A stretch of 32,449 nucleotides of DNA from an uncultured Candidatus Saccharibacteria bacterium. Lineage in GTDB: Bacteria > Patescibacteriota > Saccharimonadia > Saccharimonadales > Saccharimonadaceae. Each line of letters starts with the position of its first letter. Positions within the stretch are counted from its first letter, which is position 1. Below, piece after piece: positions 8,316-18,130 of the stretch. Position numbers and translations under genes: made by a program. The notes beneath the pieces are model-generated. The model had not been told where the DNA came from. It was given only the letters and a program-made list of their open reading frames with translations, and did not search any database. The stretch is from contig CAZYRC010000001.1 in the NCBI GenBank assembly GCA_964649505.1, positions 1-32,449 on the forward strand. Direction: 5' to 3'.

Positions 8316-8346
8316 CACACTAGCAGTAGCGTGTGTGATATTTTAC
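8316..8346 (+). repeat. 31-bp direct repeat, copy 2
   Basis: Identical to 6893-6923; upstream of the pyrG promoter TGCTATAAT (8381-8389). Confidence 0.95.
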
Positions 8347-8415
8347 AACATGCTACAGCTAGCGTGGGGAGAGCGAGGCGTGCTATAATGGAATCCGAGG
8401 GAAGAGGAATCAAAC

Positions 8416-10005
8416 GTGGGCAGACGGACAAAATTTATCTTAGTGACGGGGGGAGTTCTCTCAGGGGTAGGTAAGGGAATTACCGCGGCTAGCATCGGTG
8501 CAGTGTTGCAGGCCAAAGGACTCTCTGTTTCGATACAAAAATGTGACCCGTATCTCAATGTAGATGCGGGTCTTTTAAATCCAGCGGAGCACGGTGAGTG
8601 TTTTGTGACCAAAGATGGGGCGGAGACGGACCTCGACCTTGGGCACTATGAGCGATTTCTCGATATCGAGCTGACGCAAAAGAACGCGACGCTTTCGGGG
8701 CGGCTGCTACGTGATCTGATCGCCGACGAGCGTGCGGGCAAATTTGGCGGCAAAACGATCCAGCTCGTGCCACACCTCACCGGTTCGATCCAGCGTGCGA
8801 TCAGAGAAGCGAGCATCGGTAGTGATGTACATATCGTCGAAATCGGCGGCACGGTCGGTGACTACGAGGGGCTGAGTTTTGTCGAAGCTATTCGCGAATT
8901 TGGCAGCAAAATTGGCCGTGAAAATGCGTTGTATATTCATGTCGTGTATGTGCCGTTCATTGGCACGAGCAAGGAATTCAAGAGTAAACCGGCACAAAAT
9001 GCGCTCAACGATCTGCGTGGATTTGGTATCGTGCCAGATGCGGTGATCGTGCGTACAGACGACCCAGCGCCATCGGCGATCGCGCGCAAGATCGCGATGT
9101 TTGGCGGCGTACCAGAGGAAAATGTCCTGATGATGCCAAATGTTGCGAGCGTATTTATGATCCCAGAAAAGGTCGCGACAAGTTCGCTGATGCCGCTGCT
9201 CGAACGATTTACGGACAATCGCGTAGTGCCAGAGCTCGGGCCGTGGCACAATCTCGTCACACGGCAGACAGCGCAACACGCGCAGTCGGTGCGGATCGGG
9301 CTGGTCGCGAAATATATGGACAACGAAGATACGTATATCAGTGTGCTCGAGGCGCTCAAGAGCGCCGGATGGGGTGAGGGCGTCGACCTGACGATCACGT
9401 GGATCAATGCGGAAACGGCGACAGAAGAGGATTTCGCGGCGGTCGATGGGCTGCTGGTGCCGGGCGGATTTGGTGCGCGTGGTGTCGAGGGCAAAATCGC
9501 GGCGGCGCGCTACGCACTCGATCACCAGGTGCCGTACCTCGGGATTTGTCTCGGACTGCAAGTGGCGGTCATCGCGGCGGCGCGCAGAAGCGGGCTTGCG
9601 GATGCAAACAGCACAGAATTTGACTCCGCGACCCCTCACGACGTCGTCTACATCATGCCTGGACAAGAGGGCAAAGAGAGCACTGGTGGTACGCTGCGCC
9701 TGGGTGATTATCCAGCGCACCTCGCGCCGGAATCTTTGGCGCGTTCGGTCTACGGCGCGGATGATGTCACTGAGCGCCACCGTCACCGCTACGAAGTTAA
9801 CCAAACGTATCGCGAGGCGATCGAGCGCGGAGGATTGTCAATTAGCGGTACGAGCCCTGATGGCACGCTTGTCGAATACGTCGAGGCGCACGATCACCCG
9901 TATTTCATCGCGACCCAGGCGCACCCAGAATTTCGTTCACGTCCGATGCGTGCGCATCCGCTGTTTTTTGGTTTGATCAAGGCAGCACGACCGAAGGATA
10001 TTTGA
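8416..10005 (+). CDS. pyrG: CTP synthase
   Basis: TGGVLSGVGKG, KCDPYLNVDAG, ETDLDLGHYERF, GICLG, ERHRHRYE, QAHPEF. Confidence 0.98.
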   Translation: MGRRTKFILVTGGVLSGVGKGITAASIGAVLQAKGLSVSIQKCDPYLNVDAGLLNPAEHGECFVTKDGAETDLDLGHYERFLDIELTQKNATLSGRLLRDLIADERAGKFGGKTIQLVPHLTGSIQRAIREASIGSDVHIVEIGGTVGDYEGLSFVEAIREFGSKIGRENALYIHVVYVPFIGTSKEFKSKPAQNALNDLRGFGIVPDAVIVRTDDPAPSAIARKIAMFGGVPEENVLMMPNVASVFMIPEKVATSSLMPLLERFTDNRVVPELGPWHNLVTRQTAQHAQSVRIGLVAKYMDNEDTYISVLEALKSAGWGEGVDLTITWINAETATEEDFAAVDGLLVPGGFGARGVEGKIAAARYALDHQVPYLGICLGLQVAVIAAARRSGLADANSTEFDSATPHDVVYIMPGQEGKESTGGTLRLGDYPAHLAPESLARSVYGADDVTERHRHRYEVNQTYREAIERGGLSISGTSPDGTLVEYVEAHDHPYFIATQAHPEFRSRPMRAHPLFFGLIKAARPKDI

Positions 10006-10036
10006 CATTTCATACCGCATATGCTAATATAGCGAT

Positions 10037-10195
10037 ATGGCAGAAGAAAAACAAACACCAGACGACACACTAAACAAAGATGACATGGATGTACTCCGTG
10101 CCGTGCTCGAAGACGAGCACAGTCGTGGCATCGTCCCAGTTTCGATCTATCGTCAAGAAGATTTCGTCCCCGAAGAATCGGGCTACGAATTATAA
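10037..10195 (+). CDS. 52-aa acidic hypothetical protein (not in the ORF track)
   Basis: MAEEKQTPDDTLNKDDMDVLRAVLEDEHSRGIVPVSIYRQEDFVPEESGYEL*; TTGACA(10002-10007)-17 bp-TAATAT(10025-10030)-6 nt-ATG. Confidence 0.7.
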   Translation: MAEEKQTPDDTLNKDDMDVLRAVLEDEHSRGIVPVSIYRQEDFVPEESGYEL

Positions 10196-10236
10196 TATTT
10201 CGCTCCGTTTCTCGCCTCTGATATAATAGAGGTGAT

Positions 10237-11919
10237 ATGGAGAAACTTGCACAAAAAATTTCGTCGATTGTCAATGAGAAATTTAGCGAAGATGTGACGG
10301 TCGCCCTCGAGCGACCCGATCCGCAGTTTGGTGATTTTGCGACGAATGTTGCGATGCAATTGGCGCGACCACTGCAAAAAAATCCGCGCGAAATCGCCGA
10401 AACGCTTGCTACAGCACTCCAAGAGAGTGGCGAATTCGCTGACGTGCAGGTCGCGGGTCCGGGGTTTATCAATCTGACCCTGAGCTCAGAGGCGCTTCTC
10501 GAACAGCTTGAGCAGCCTTTCGCACCACACAAGACGGGGCAAGATTTCGTCGTCGAATATAGTTGCCCTAATGCGTTCAAAGAGCTCCACACGGGGCATC
10601 TCTACCAGACGATTTATGGCGATATTCTCTGTAAATTGCTCGAAAAAACCGGCGCGAAGGTCTCGCGGACGAGTTTTGGTGGTGATGTCGGGCTGCATGT
10701 TGCGAAATGTCTCTGGGGCATGGTTGCGACGCTTGGTGGAGAATCGCCAGAAGCGCTCGATACGGTCGAGGCGACACCGTTTGCGCGGGCTCGCTGGATC
10801 AGCGAATGCTATGTCCGCGGAGCTGGTGTGTATGAGGAAGATGAGCAGGCAAAATCCGCCATTGATGAACTCAACAAAACAGTTTACGGATTTCACGAAT
10901 CAAATGACCACGAGTCGTCGCTTGCCCAGCTTTATTGGACGACGCGCCAATGGAGTTATGATTATTTTAAGGCGTTTTATGAGCTCATCCAGGTCGATTC
11001 GATGCGCTACTATCCCGAGAGTAGTACCGCGCCGGTCGGCATGAAGATCGTGCGCGAGCAGCTCGCGAAAGGTAATTTGAAGGAGTCTGAGGGCGCGATT
11101 GTATTTGAGGGCGACGAGAAAAAGCACCTTCACACTCGCGTGTTTGTCACGAGTAAGGGCTTGCCGACCTACGAGACCAAAGACATCGGCGTGATTTGGA
11201 TGGAGCGCGAGGAATATCAGTTTGATCGCCGCGTGCTCATTACCGGGAATGATCAGCGTGAGTACATGCGTGTGGTGTTTGCAGCGGCTGAGACGTTCGA
11301 TCCGACACTCGCGGGCATGATGACCCATCTCACAAATGGCACCGTGCGCTTTGCTGATGGCAAAAAAATGAGCTCGCGGCTCGGCAATGTCGCGCGCGGC
11401 ATCGACGTCGTCGACTTGGTGCGCGAAAAAGTACGCACGGTAGTGACGGACGAATCGATTGTCGAAGCAGTGACGCTCGGCGCGATCAAATATGCGTTTG
11501 CGAAGTATCGGATCGGTGGCGACATCGCCTTTGACATGGAAGAAACCGTCTCGCTCACGGGCAACAGCGGTCCTTATATCCAGTATGCGTATGCGCGGGC
11601 GCGCTCGATTTTGCGCAAGTCTGCGCAGCAGGAATTACCAAAGCTATTTGACTATGAATTAAACGAATCAGAGCGACTGCTCGTGCAAAAAATGACGCAA
11701 TTTCAAGAAGTCGTCGATCGATCGGCTGATGAATTTGCACCACATCACATCTGTAATTATATGTACGAACTTGCGCAGGAGTTTAATCGTTTTTATGAAA
11801 AAAATCGCGTCATAGGTGACCCGCAAGAGATCAGTCGTGTCACGCTTGTGTCGAGATACGCGGCGATTTTGCGCGAGGGTCTCGCGATCCTCGGTATCGT
11901 TGCGCCGGAGAAAATGTAG
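10237..11919 (+). CDS. argS: Arginine--tRNA ligase
   Basis: FGDFATN, AGPGFIN, HIGH-like HTGH, KMSSR, GNSGPYIQYAYAR, canonical end PEKM. Confidence 0.97.
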   Translation: MEKLAQKISSIVNEKFSEDVTVALERPDPQFGDFATNVAMQLARPLQKNPREIAETLATALQESGEFADVQVAGPGFINLTLSSEALLEQLEQPFAPHKTGQDFVVEYSCPNAFKELHTGHLYQTIYGDILCKLLEKTGAKVSRTSFGGDVGLHVAKCLWGMVATLGGESPEALDTVEATPFARARWISECYVRGAGVYEEDEQAKSAIDELNKTVYGFHESNDHESSLAQLYWTTRQWSYDYFKAFYELIQVDSMRYYPESSTAPVGMKIVREQLAKGNLKESEGAIVFEGDEKKHLHTRVFVTSKGLPTYETKDIGVIWMEREEYQFDRRVLITGNDQREYMRVVFAAAETFDPTLAGMMTHLTNGTVRFADGKKMSSRLGNVARGIDVVDLVREKVRTVVTDESIVEAVTLGAIKYAFAKYRIGGDIAFDMEETVSLTGNSGPYIQYAYARARSILRKSAQQELPKLFDYELNESERLLVQKMTQFQEVVDRSADEFAPHHICNYMYELAQEFNRFYEKNRVIGDPQEISRVTLVSRYAAILREGLAILGIVAPEKM

Positions 11920-11947
11920 TATACTACCTCTAGAAAAAGGAGAATAT

Positions 11948-12379
11948 ATGGCAAAGAAAAAACCAGCAGTATCACCCCAAAAAGAGGCGACAATTCGCGC
12001 TGATGAGGATCGCAAACTCGTCGCGGCCGCACGACTCAAATCAGTCGCAAAGGCTGCGAAGGGCCAGAGCTCTGGATTTATGAATTTCATTCGTGAACAA
12101 GGTGTGGTCGGGCTCGCCGTCGGTTTGGCGATCGGTACCGCGGCCGGTGCCAGTGTCAAAGTGATTGTCGACCAACTCATCAACCCACTCGTCGCGCTGA
12201 TGACGCAGGGTGTTGACCTGAGTAAACTCGCGTGGACTGTTAAGGCCGGCGAAAAAGCCGTGACATTTGGCTGGGGCGCTGTCGTCAGCTCACTCATCAC
12301 CCTGACTGCAACTGCTTTTGTCGTGTACCTGGTGATCCATTTTGCCAAACTCGACCGTTTGGACAAGAAAAAAGACTAA
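11948..12379 (+). CDS. mscL: MscL-family mechanosensitive channel
   Basis: FMNFIREQGVVGLAVGLAIG TM1, LINPLV, WGAVVSSLI TM2; SD AAGGAG. Confidence 0.8.
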   Translation: MAKKKPAVSPQKEATIRADEDRKLVAAARLKSVAKAAKGQSSGFMNFIREQGVVGLAVGLAIGTAAGASVKVIVDQLINPLVALMTQGVDLSKLAWTVKAGEKAVTFGWGAVVSSLITLTATAFVVYLVIHFAKLDRLDKKKD

Positions 12380-12395
12380 TACTGTCGTAAAGAAT

Positions 12396-12433
12396 AGCAA
12401 ACCATCCTGTACCTGCGTGCAGGATGGTTTGCT
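12396..12433. terminator. Long hairpin terminator
   Basis: AGCAAACCATCCTGTAC-CTGC-GTGCAGGATGGTTTGCT. Confidence 0.75.
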
Positions 12434-12469
12434 TGGTCGGCCCGCGTACAGGGGTGGTATAATAGAGCT

Positions 12470-13027
12470 ATGACAAAACCAGCATTTAAACCAAAACAAA
12501 TTCTCTGGGTGGATATGGAGATGACGGGGCTTGACCCAGTGAATGATTATCCGCTCGAGATTGCGGCGATCGTGACGGATTGGAATTTCAAAGAAATCGC
12601 GACGTATGAGGGCGCGGTGCACTGGGGTAGCAAGCATAGCGAGGAGCGGTTAGACAAAAACAAGAGCTGTTGGAGCGGCGAGGGTGGGGTGTCGCGGGAT
12701 CAGTGGCGCGCGCAAAACAAAGCGACCAAGAAAACCAAGGCGGCGGTGGAGCGTGAACTCATCGCGTTTCTTGACGAGCATTTCGACGAGGGGCTGGTGC
12801 TGCTTGGAGGGAATTCGATCCATCAGGACCGCAAGTTCATCGACCAGTGGTTCCCGAAATTTGCAAAACGTTTGCACTACCGCATGCTCGATGTCAGCGC
12901 CTGGAAAGTCGTGATGGAAGGAAAATTTGGCAAAAAATTTGCAAAACCCGAACAACATCGCGCGCTCGATGACATTCGCGGCAGCATCGAGGAGCTGGAA
13001 TATTACCTGAAAAAGGTGAAGGCATGA
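12470..13027 (+). CDS. orn: Oligoribonuclease (DEDDh)
   Basis: WVDMEMTGLD, GNSIHQDRKF, LHYRMLDVS, HRALDDIRGSIEELEYY. Confidence 0.93.
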   Translation: MTKPAFKPKQILWVDMEMTGLDPVNDYPLEIAAIVTDWNFKEIATYEGAVHWGSKHSEERLDKNKSCWSGEGGVSRDQWRAQNKATKKTKAAVERELIAFLDEHFDEGLVLLGGNSIHQDRKFIDQWFPKFAKRLHYRMLDVSAWKVVMEGKFGKKFAKPEQHRALDDIRGSIEELEYYLKKVKA

Positions 13028-13365
13028 CGCACAAGGAGCTTGAAACGTATCTGTTGAGCATGCCGGGCGCGTGGCTAGATTATCCATTCGACGAAACAAC
13101 GGCGGTGTACAAAGTCGGACACAAGGACGCCCCAGGCGAAGAAGAAAAAATGTTCGCTCTGATCGCTGAGGGTAGTCAGCCGGTGCGGGTGAGTTTGAAA
13201 TGCGATCCGCAACTGTCGTCAAATTTACAACAAAAGTACGAGACGGTTTTGCCAGGATACCATCTGAACAAAAAACATTGGATCACGGTGATTTGTAGTG
13301 GGCAATTGAGTGATGACGAAGTCAAAGATTTGGCACGCTTGAGCTACCGTTTGGTCACCGAATAA
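13024..13365 (+). CDS. MmcQ/YjbR family protein
   Basis: DYPF, VYKVG, KMFAL, LKCDP, PGYHLNKKHW. Confidence 0.9.
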   Translation: MTHKELETYLLSMPGAWLDYPFDETTAVYKVGHKDAPGEEEKMFALIAEGSQPVRVSLKCDPQLSSNLQQKYETVLPGYHLNKKHWITVICSGQLSDDEVKDLARLSYRLVTE

Positions 13366-14118
13366 TTACGATTTTGTTGCTTCAAATTTGGCGTAGGTGT
13401 CGAGAATTTTGTTGAGGTTGCTGATTGATGTGTCGCAAAAATCAGAGAGCTCTTTGTTTGCAGTCGAGCGATTGAGTTTGGCGATTTGGCTTTTGAGGAG
13501 GGTTAATTGGTAGGTCATCTGCGTGGTGTAGGTGCGGTCGAGGGTGCCTTTTTGGTAGGCGTCGTCGAGTGTCTTTTTGAGGGCGGCGAGGTAGGCCTCT
13601 TCTTCTTTGGTGGAATTTTTGCTTTGTTTGATTTTTCGAGGTTCCATGGTTTTGGTCAGCTCGGTGTGCATGGTGGTGAGCGTCGAGGTGAGCGCGGCGT
13701 TTGCCTCGGAAATTTGCGTCTCAGTGAGGTGCGATTGCTGCTCGCTGGCGACAGTTTTGAGGGTTTCGACGCGTGAGGCGAGCGTTGGGAGTTGATTATT
13801 CGTGCTCGGTGCCTGCGTGCTGAAAAAGATCACGACGGCAAAAATAATTGCAGCGACAATGCCGCCGATAAACCCGATGATCGCAACACGGTTGACGGTT
13901 TTTTGCTCTTGGGGTGCGATGCGGTTGAGGTAGTCGATCGAATATTCGGCGCGCTGCTCCTGGGAAACGCCACCCTGGTAGTCGACTTGCGGCGTTGCGG
14001 GGTTGGCATAGGGCTGTGGCCAGGTTTCTTGCGGTGGGGCAGGATTTGGCCGCTGTTGGTAGCCCTGTGTCTGCGCAGGTTGTTGGGGTGATTGGCGATA
14101 GGGGTCCTGAGGATTCAT
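13366..14118 (-). CDS. Hypothetical membrane-anchored helical protein
   Basis: P/Q-rich N-terminus, IDYLNRIAP, one TM, helical C-terminal part; TGGTTAAAT 8 nt before ATG. Confidence 0.8.
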   Translation of the reverse strand: MNPQDPYRQSPQQPAQTQGYQQRPNPAPPQETWPQPYANPATPQVDYQGGVSQEQRAEYSIDYLNRIAPQEQKTVNRVAIIGFIGGIVAAIIFAVVIFFSTQAPSTNNQLPTLASRVETLKTVASEQQSHLTETQISEANAALTSTLTTMHTELTKTMEPRKIKQSKNSTKEEEAYLAALKKTLDDAYQKGTLDRTYTTQMTYQLTLLKSQIAKLNRSTANKELSDFCDTSISNLNKILDTYAKFEATKS

Positions 14119-14173
14119 ATGCTTCTATTTAACCACAAGCGATAACAGGGGTCAATGATGATATAATAGTTTT

Positions 14174-15919
14174 ATGCAGGACGCAAAAGAGGAGGTACGT
14201 TCACGACTCAACATCGAAGATGTGATTGGGGAGTATGTTCACTTGAAGCGTGCGGGGCGGAATTTCAAGGGGTTGAGCCCGTTTACTGGCGAAAAAACAC
14301 CGAGTTTTTTTGTTAGTCCAGACAAAAATATTTGGCATGATTTCAGCTCAAACAAGGGTGGAGATGTCTTTGCATTTGTGATGGAAGTCGAGGGGCTGGA
14401 TTTTCGCGGGGCGCTCGAGCATCTCGCGCGAAAAGCAGGTGTCGAGCTGAGTGATTTTGAGTCGGCGCAGGCCAAGCAAATTGCGGCGCGCAAAAAACGA
14501 CTTCACGAGGCCAATGAACTCGCTGCGCGCTATTACCAGCAGTGTTTGCTACGCAACCGTCATGCGCTCGAATATGTGTTCAAGCACCGGGCGCTGAGCA
14601 AGACAGTGGTCGAGGAATTTCGCATCGGCTATGCGCCTGACACGGGGCAGGCGCTGGTCAATACGTTGAAAAAACGTGGGTTTTCGGCGCGCGAATTGAG
14701 TGACGCGGGGCTCACCAATCGATACGGTGGCGATATGTTCCGTGGGCGGATGATGGTGCCGTTGATGGACCCAAGTGGGCAGGTGATTGGCTTTACGGGA
14801 CGGATCATTGGTGAGGTGGAAAACGCGCCAAAATATCTTAATACGCCCCAGACACTGCTCTACGACAAAGGCCGGCATATTTTTGCGCAGAGCCAGGCAA
14901 AAGAAGCGATTCGCACACAAGATCGCGTGGTGGTGGTCGAGGGGAACCTCGATGTAGTGAGTTCGCATCAGGTCGGTGTCAAAGAGGTGGTGGCAACCGC
15001 TGGGACGGCGATGACGGAGCGACATCTGAGCGCGATCAAACGGCTGACGGGAGATGTGCGACTGGCGTACGACGGTGACAAAGCAGGCGTGGCGGCGAGT
15101 GAGCGTGCAATTGCGATTGCGGCGCAAGTGGGTGTCGAGCTAACAATCGTCAGTTTGCCGCGCGAGTACAAAGACCCTGACGAAGCGATTCAGGCTGATC
15201 CGAACATCTGGAAACGCGCGATTGACCAAGCCCTTCCAGCGGTGGAATGGGTACTGAAACAGTATCAAGGGCGTGTCGACATGTCGAGCGCGGCAGGGAA
15301 GCGGGCGTTTACGACGGCGGGACTGGCTGTCGTAAAAAGTTTGCAGGACCCGGTCGAGCGAGAATATTATGAGCGCATGATCGCAGAAATGGTAGGGACG
15401 ACGCTCGAGGCGGTGCAGGCGAAACTTGCACAATCGCCACGTGAAACGGTGCCGCTCAAACCAGTCAAAACACAGTCGAGTGAGCGAGACGAGGAGTAGC
15501 TTCACGAGGACAATGCACTGGCGATCGCGCGGATCGATGAAGCATGCGCGGAACTTTTGACACATAGCGACCCGGCACTATTTCACGGTGAAGCGCGCCA
15601 AGCACTCGCGCGGACGATTCCAAAACTACCAAAACGCCCTATCACCGACACATCAGAGGTGTTGCAAAAATTTGATACCTATGTAAAAATAGTACTATTG
15701 AGAGCTGAACAACGCTACGCCGAGTGGGACGGAAATGATCGCTACTATGAAATGGCACGGTTGTTACGGCAAGTAGAACACGAACACAAGAAACAAACCC
15801 GAGACGAATTAACGACAAAACTTCGCGTGGCCGAGGAGGCAGGTGATGAGCCCGCCGCCGAAGCATTGCGCGTCGAACTAAATGGATTGATAAAGGAGAT
15901 CGCACGTGGCAAACGATGA
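14174..15919 (+). CDS. dnaG: DNA primase, interrupted by an in-frame TAG at 15497-15499
   Basis: N-terminal domain with zinc-ligand substitutions ([18 protein letters not shown]), [27 protein letters not shown]; ORF 15557..15919 continues in the same frame and overlaps rpoD. Confidence 0.92.
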
Positions 15920-16919
15920 TCAATTGCAAAATACAAGCCCAGACCCAGACGAAGAAGTGGTAGTGCCGGATATCGACGAACCAGATATTGATGAACTCGA
16001 GGAAGAGGAGGACACCCCTGAGGATATCCTGAATTCGGGGCAGTATTTTGATGATATTTCGGATGACTCTGTACGTTTGCACCTGCGTGAAATTGGAAAG
16101 ATTCCGCTGCTGACGGCTGACGAAGAATTTGCGCTCGCGCAGCGCGTGGTAAAGGGCGACAAACGCGCAAAAGACAAAATGGCTGAGGCGAATATGCGCC
16201 TGGTGGTGTCGATTGCGAAGCGATATTCGGGGCGTGGACTTGATTTTCTCGATTTGATCCAAGAAGGCCACACTGGATTACTGCGCGCAGTGGAAAAATT
16301 TGACCCAGACAAAGGGTTCAAATTTAGCACGTACGCAACATGGTGGATTCGCCAGGCGATCACGCGTGCGATCGCTGACCAGGCGCGTACCATCCGTATT
16401 CCGGTGCACATGGTCGAGACGATCAACAAATTGCTGCGCACCCAGCGCCGCATGACACAAGAGCTCAACCGCGAGCCGACGAATGAAGAATTGGCCCAGG
16501 AACTCTTCGGCGAAGAAAAAAACATGACCAAAGAGCAACGCGTGAACAAAGTCGAATATATCATGAAAATCAAACAAGACATCAGCTCGCTTGACGCTGG
16601 TGTGGGCCGAGATGGCGAGGATGAAGATTCGGTGCTCGGTGATTTCATCGAGGACGAAGATAGCGCAACACCAGAGGAATCGGCATCGAGCCAGCTACTG
16701 AAAGAGCAGGTGCAGGGCGTGTTGTCGGCACTTTCTGAGCGCGAACAAAAAATCATCAAAATGCGTTTTGGGCTCGAAAATGGCAAAAGCCACACACTCG
16801 AGGAAGTTGGTCAGGAATTTGCTGTGACGCGCGAGCGCATTCGCCAGATCGAGGCAAAGGCGCTTGCAAAACTTCGCAAACACAAAGACGCGAAGAAATT
16901 GTACGAATATCTACAATAA
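15906..16919 (+). CDS. rpoD: Primary sigma factor (SigA/RpoD)
   Basis: [66 protein letters not shown]. Confidence 0.97.
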   Translation: MANDDQLQNTSPDPDEEVVVPDIDEPDIDELEEEEDTPEDILNSGQYFDDISDDSVRLHLREIGKIPLLTADEEFALAQRVVKGDKRAKDKMAEANMRLVVSIAKRYSGRGLDFLDLIQEGHTGLLRAVEKFDPDKGFKFSTYATWWIRQAITRAIADQARTIRIPVHMVETINKLLRTQRRMTQELNREPTNEELAQELFGEEKNMTKEQRVNKVEYIMKIKQDISSLDAGVGRDGEDEDSVLGDFIEDEDSATPEESASSQLLKEQVQGVLSALSEREQKIIKMRFGLENGKSHTLEEVGQEFAVTRERIRQIEAKALAKLRKHKDAKKLYEYLQ

Positions 16920-16923
16920 TATC

Positions 16924-17475
16924 CTAGAAATCAGAGCAGGTACTCGCGCCATCGCCGAGATATGAGGTGGTGGGGCGTTCTGCGAGTAATTTTTTGTAGG
17001 AAATGCGCGCGCCAGTGCCTTCGCCACACATAACGTACTGGATTGTCGTTTCGTCGACGGGCGCGTATTCGACGAGAGAGTAGGTGTCATTTTTGACGGA
17101 AATTTCCGAGGCGTATGCAGGATAGCTGCCATTGGTTTTGTGGTATTCTTCCGCTTTGTCGCTGATCATTTGGACAAATGCTTGTTGGTCTTTTTCGACG
17201 CCATCCATGCCGAAACGAAACAGCGCGGTGCCAAAGATAACGGCCAAAATCATCGCGACGATGGCGAGGGAATTGAAGATAATTCCGAGGATGCCGAGGG
17301 TTTTTGAGCTCTGTGATTTGGATGCCTGGACGGTCGAAATGATCGAGAGCACAAGGCCAAACGGCGCGAGTGCGATGAACGCAAAAACTAACCCAATAAC
17401 ACCGGTTACGGTGCCGGTTGAGCGAGCAATTGGTGTTGGGGGAGCGGTCGGTTGTCCGTGCGATGATGTCGCCAT
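16924..17475 (-). CDS. DUF4190-like membrane protein with a pilin-like exported C-terminal domain
   Basis: GVIGLVFAF..GLVLSIIS..LGILGIIFN TM pattern, then AEEYHKTNGSYP and a Cys pair. Confidence 0.6.
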   Translation of the reverse strand: MATSSHGQPTAPPTPIARSTGTVTGVIGLVFAFIALAPFGLVLSIISTVQASKSQSSKTLGILGIIFNSLAIVAMILAVIFGTALFRFGMDGVEKDQQAFVQMISDKAEEYHKTNGSYPAYASEISVKNDTYSLVEYAPVDETTIQYVMCGEGTGARISYKKLLAERPTTSYLGDGASTCSDF

Positions 17476-17484
17476 AGAGACTCC

Positions 17485-18066
17485 TTATGAATAAAATTTT
17501 GCTTCGTGTGCGAGCGCATCGACGGCTTTGTGGAGCGCGGCAACATCACCATCATTGTGGAGAAAATAATCGGCAATTGCAATAGGCCCGCCTTTTTCGA
17601 GGTTTTCGATTTCTGCCCAATCGCGTAGGTTGGCCTCTTCGTTTGTTAGCGGTCGAACAGGGCGAAGTGTCAGGCGGTGATGACGCAGACGTTTCGGCGC
17701 AACGACAGCGGCGACGACGAGTTCACCAGGAAATTCCCGTTTGAGCATTTTGTATTCGGTCCAGGTGTAGAGACCGTCGGCGACAATGCGGTGCTGGCCG
17801 GCGTCGATGAGGTCATGGAGTTCTTTGATGATGCGTTTGACGACGAAATCTTTGCCTTCGCGCTCTCGGATTTCCTCGCGGTATTGTTTTTCGTTGGCTT
17901 CGGTCCATTCGATGCCGGCTTCTTTCATCGCGCTGAGGATGACGCCGCCGAAATATACTTTTGGATAGCCTTTTTCGGTGAGATAGGAGGCGGCTTCGGA
18001 TTTGCCGCTACCAGAGAGGCCGACAAAAGCGAGAATTTTCGCACCGTCTGTGTGTAATTCTGTCAT
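17485..18066 (-). CDS. P-loop nucleotide kinase (dephospho-CoA kinase-like/UPF0200-like)
   Basis: GLSGSGKS, VADGLY, RDWAEIE, IAIADY. Confidence 0.75.
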   Translation of the reverse strand: MTELHTDGAKILAFVGLSGSGKSEAASYLTEKGYPKVYFGGVILSAMKEAGIEWTEANEKQYREEIREREGKDFVVKRIIKELHDLIDAGQHRIVADGLYTWTEYKMLKREFPGELVVAAVVAPKRLRHHRLTLRPVRPLTNEEANLRDWAEIENLEKGGPIAIADYFLHNDGDVAALHKAVDALAHEAKFYS

Positions 18067-18130
18067 ATATATAGTGTAGCAGACGGTGCGGAGTTTTGGG
18101 TTCGTTCGTCAGATACCGTATACTAGTAGT

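Noticed and set aside
6893-8346. CRISPR array from the 31-bp semi-palindromic repeat
   Set aside because: Only two copies 1.4 kb apart, enclosing genes; no cas genes
8381-8415. pyrG reiterative-transcription attenuator
   Set aside because: Leader is too short, with no GGGC start and no terminator hairpin
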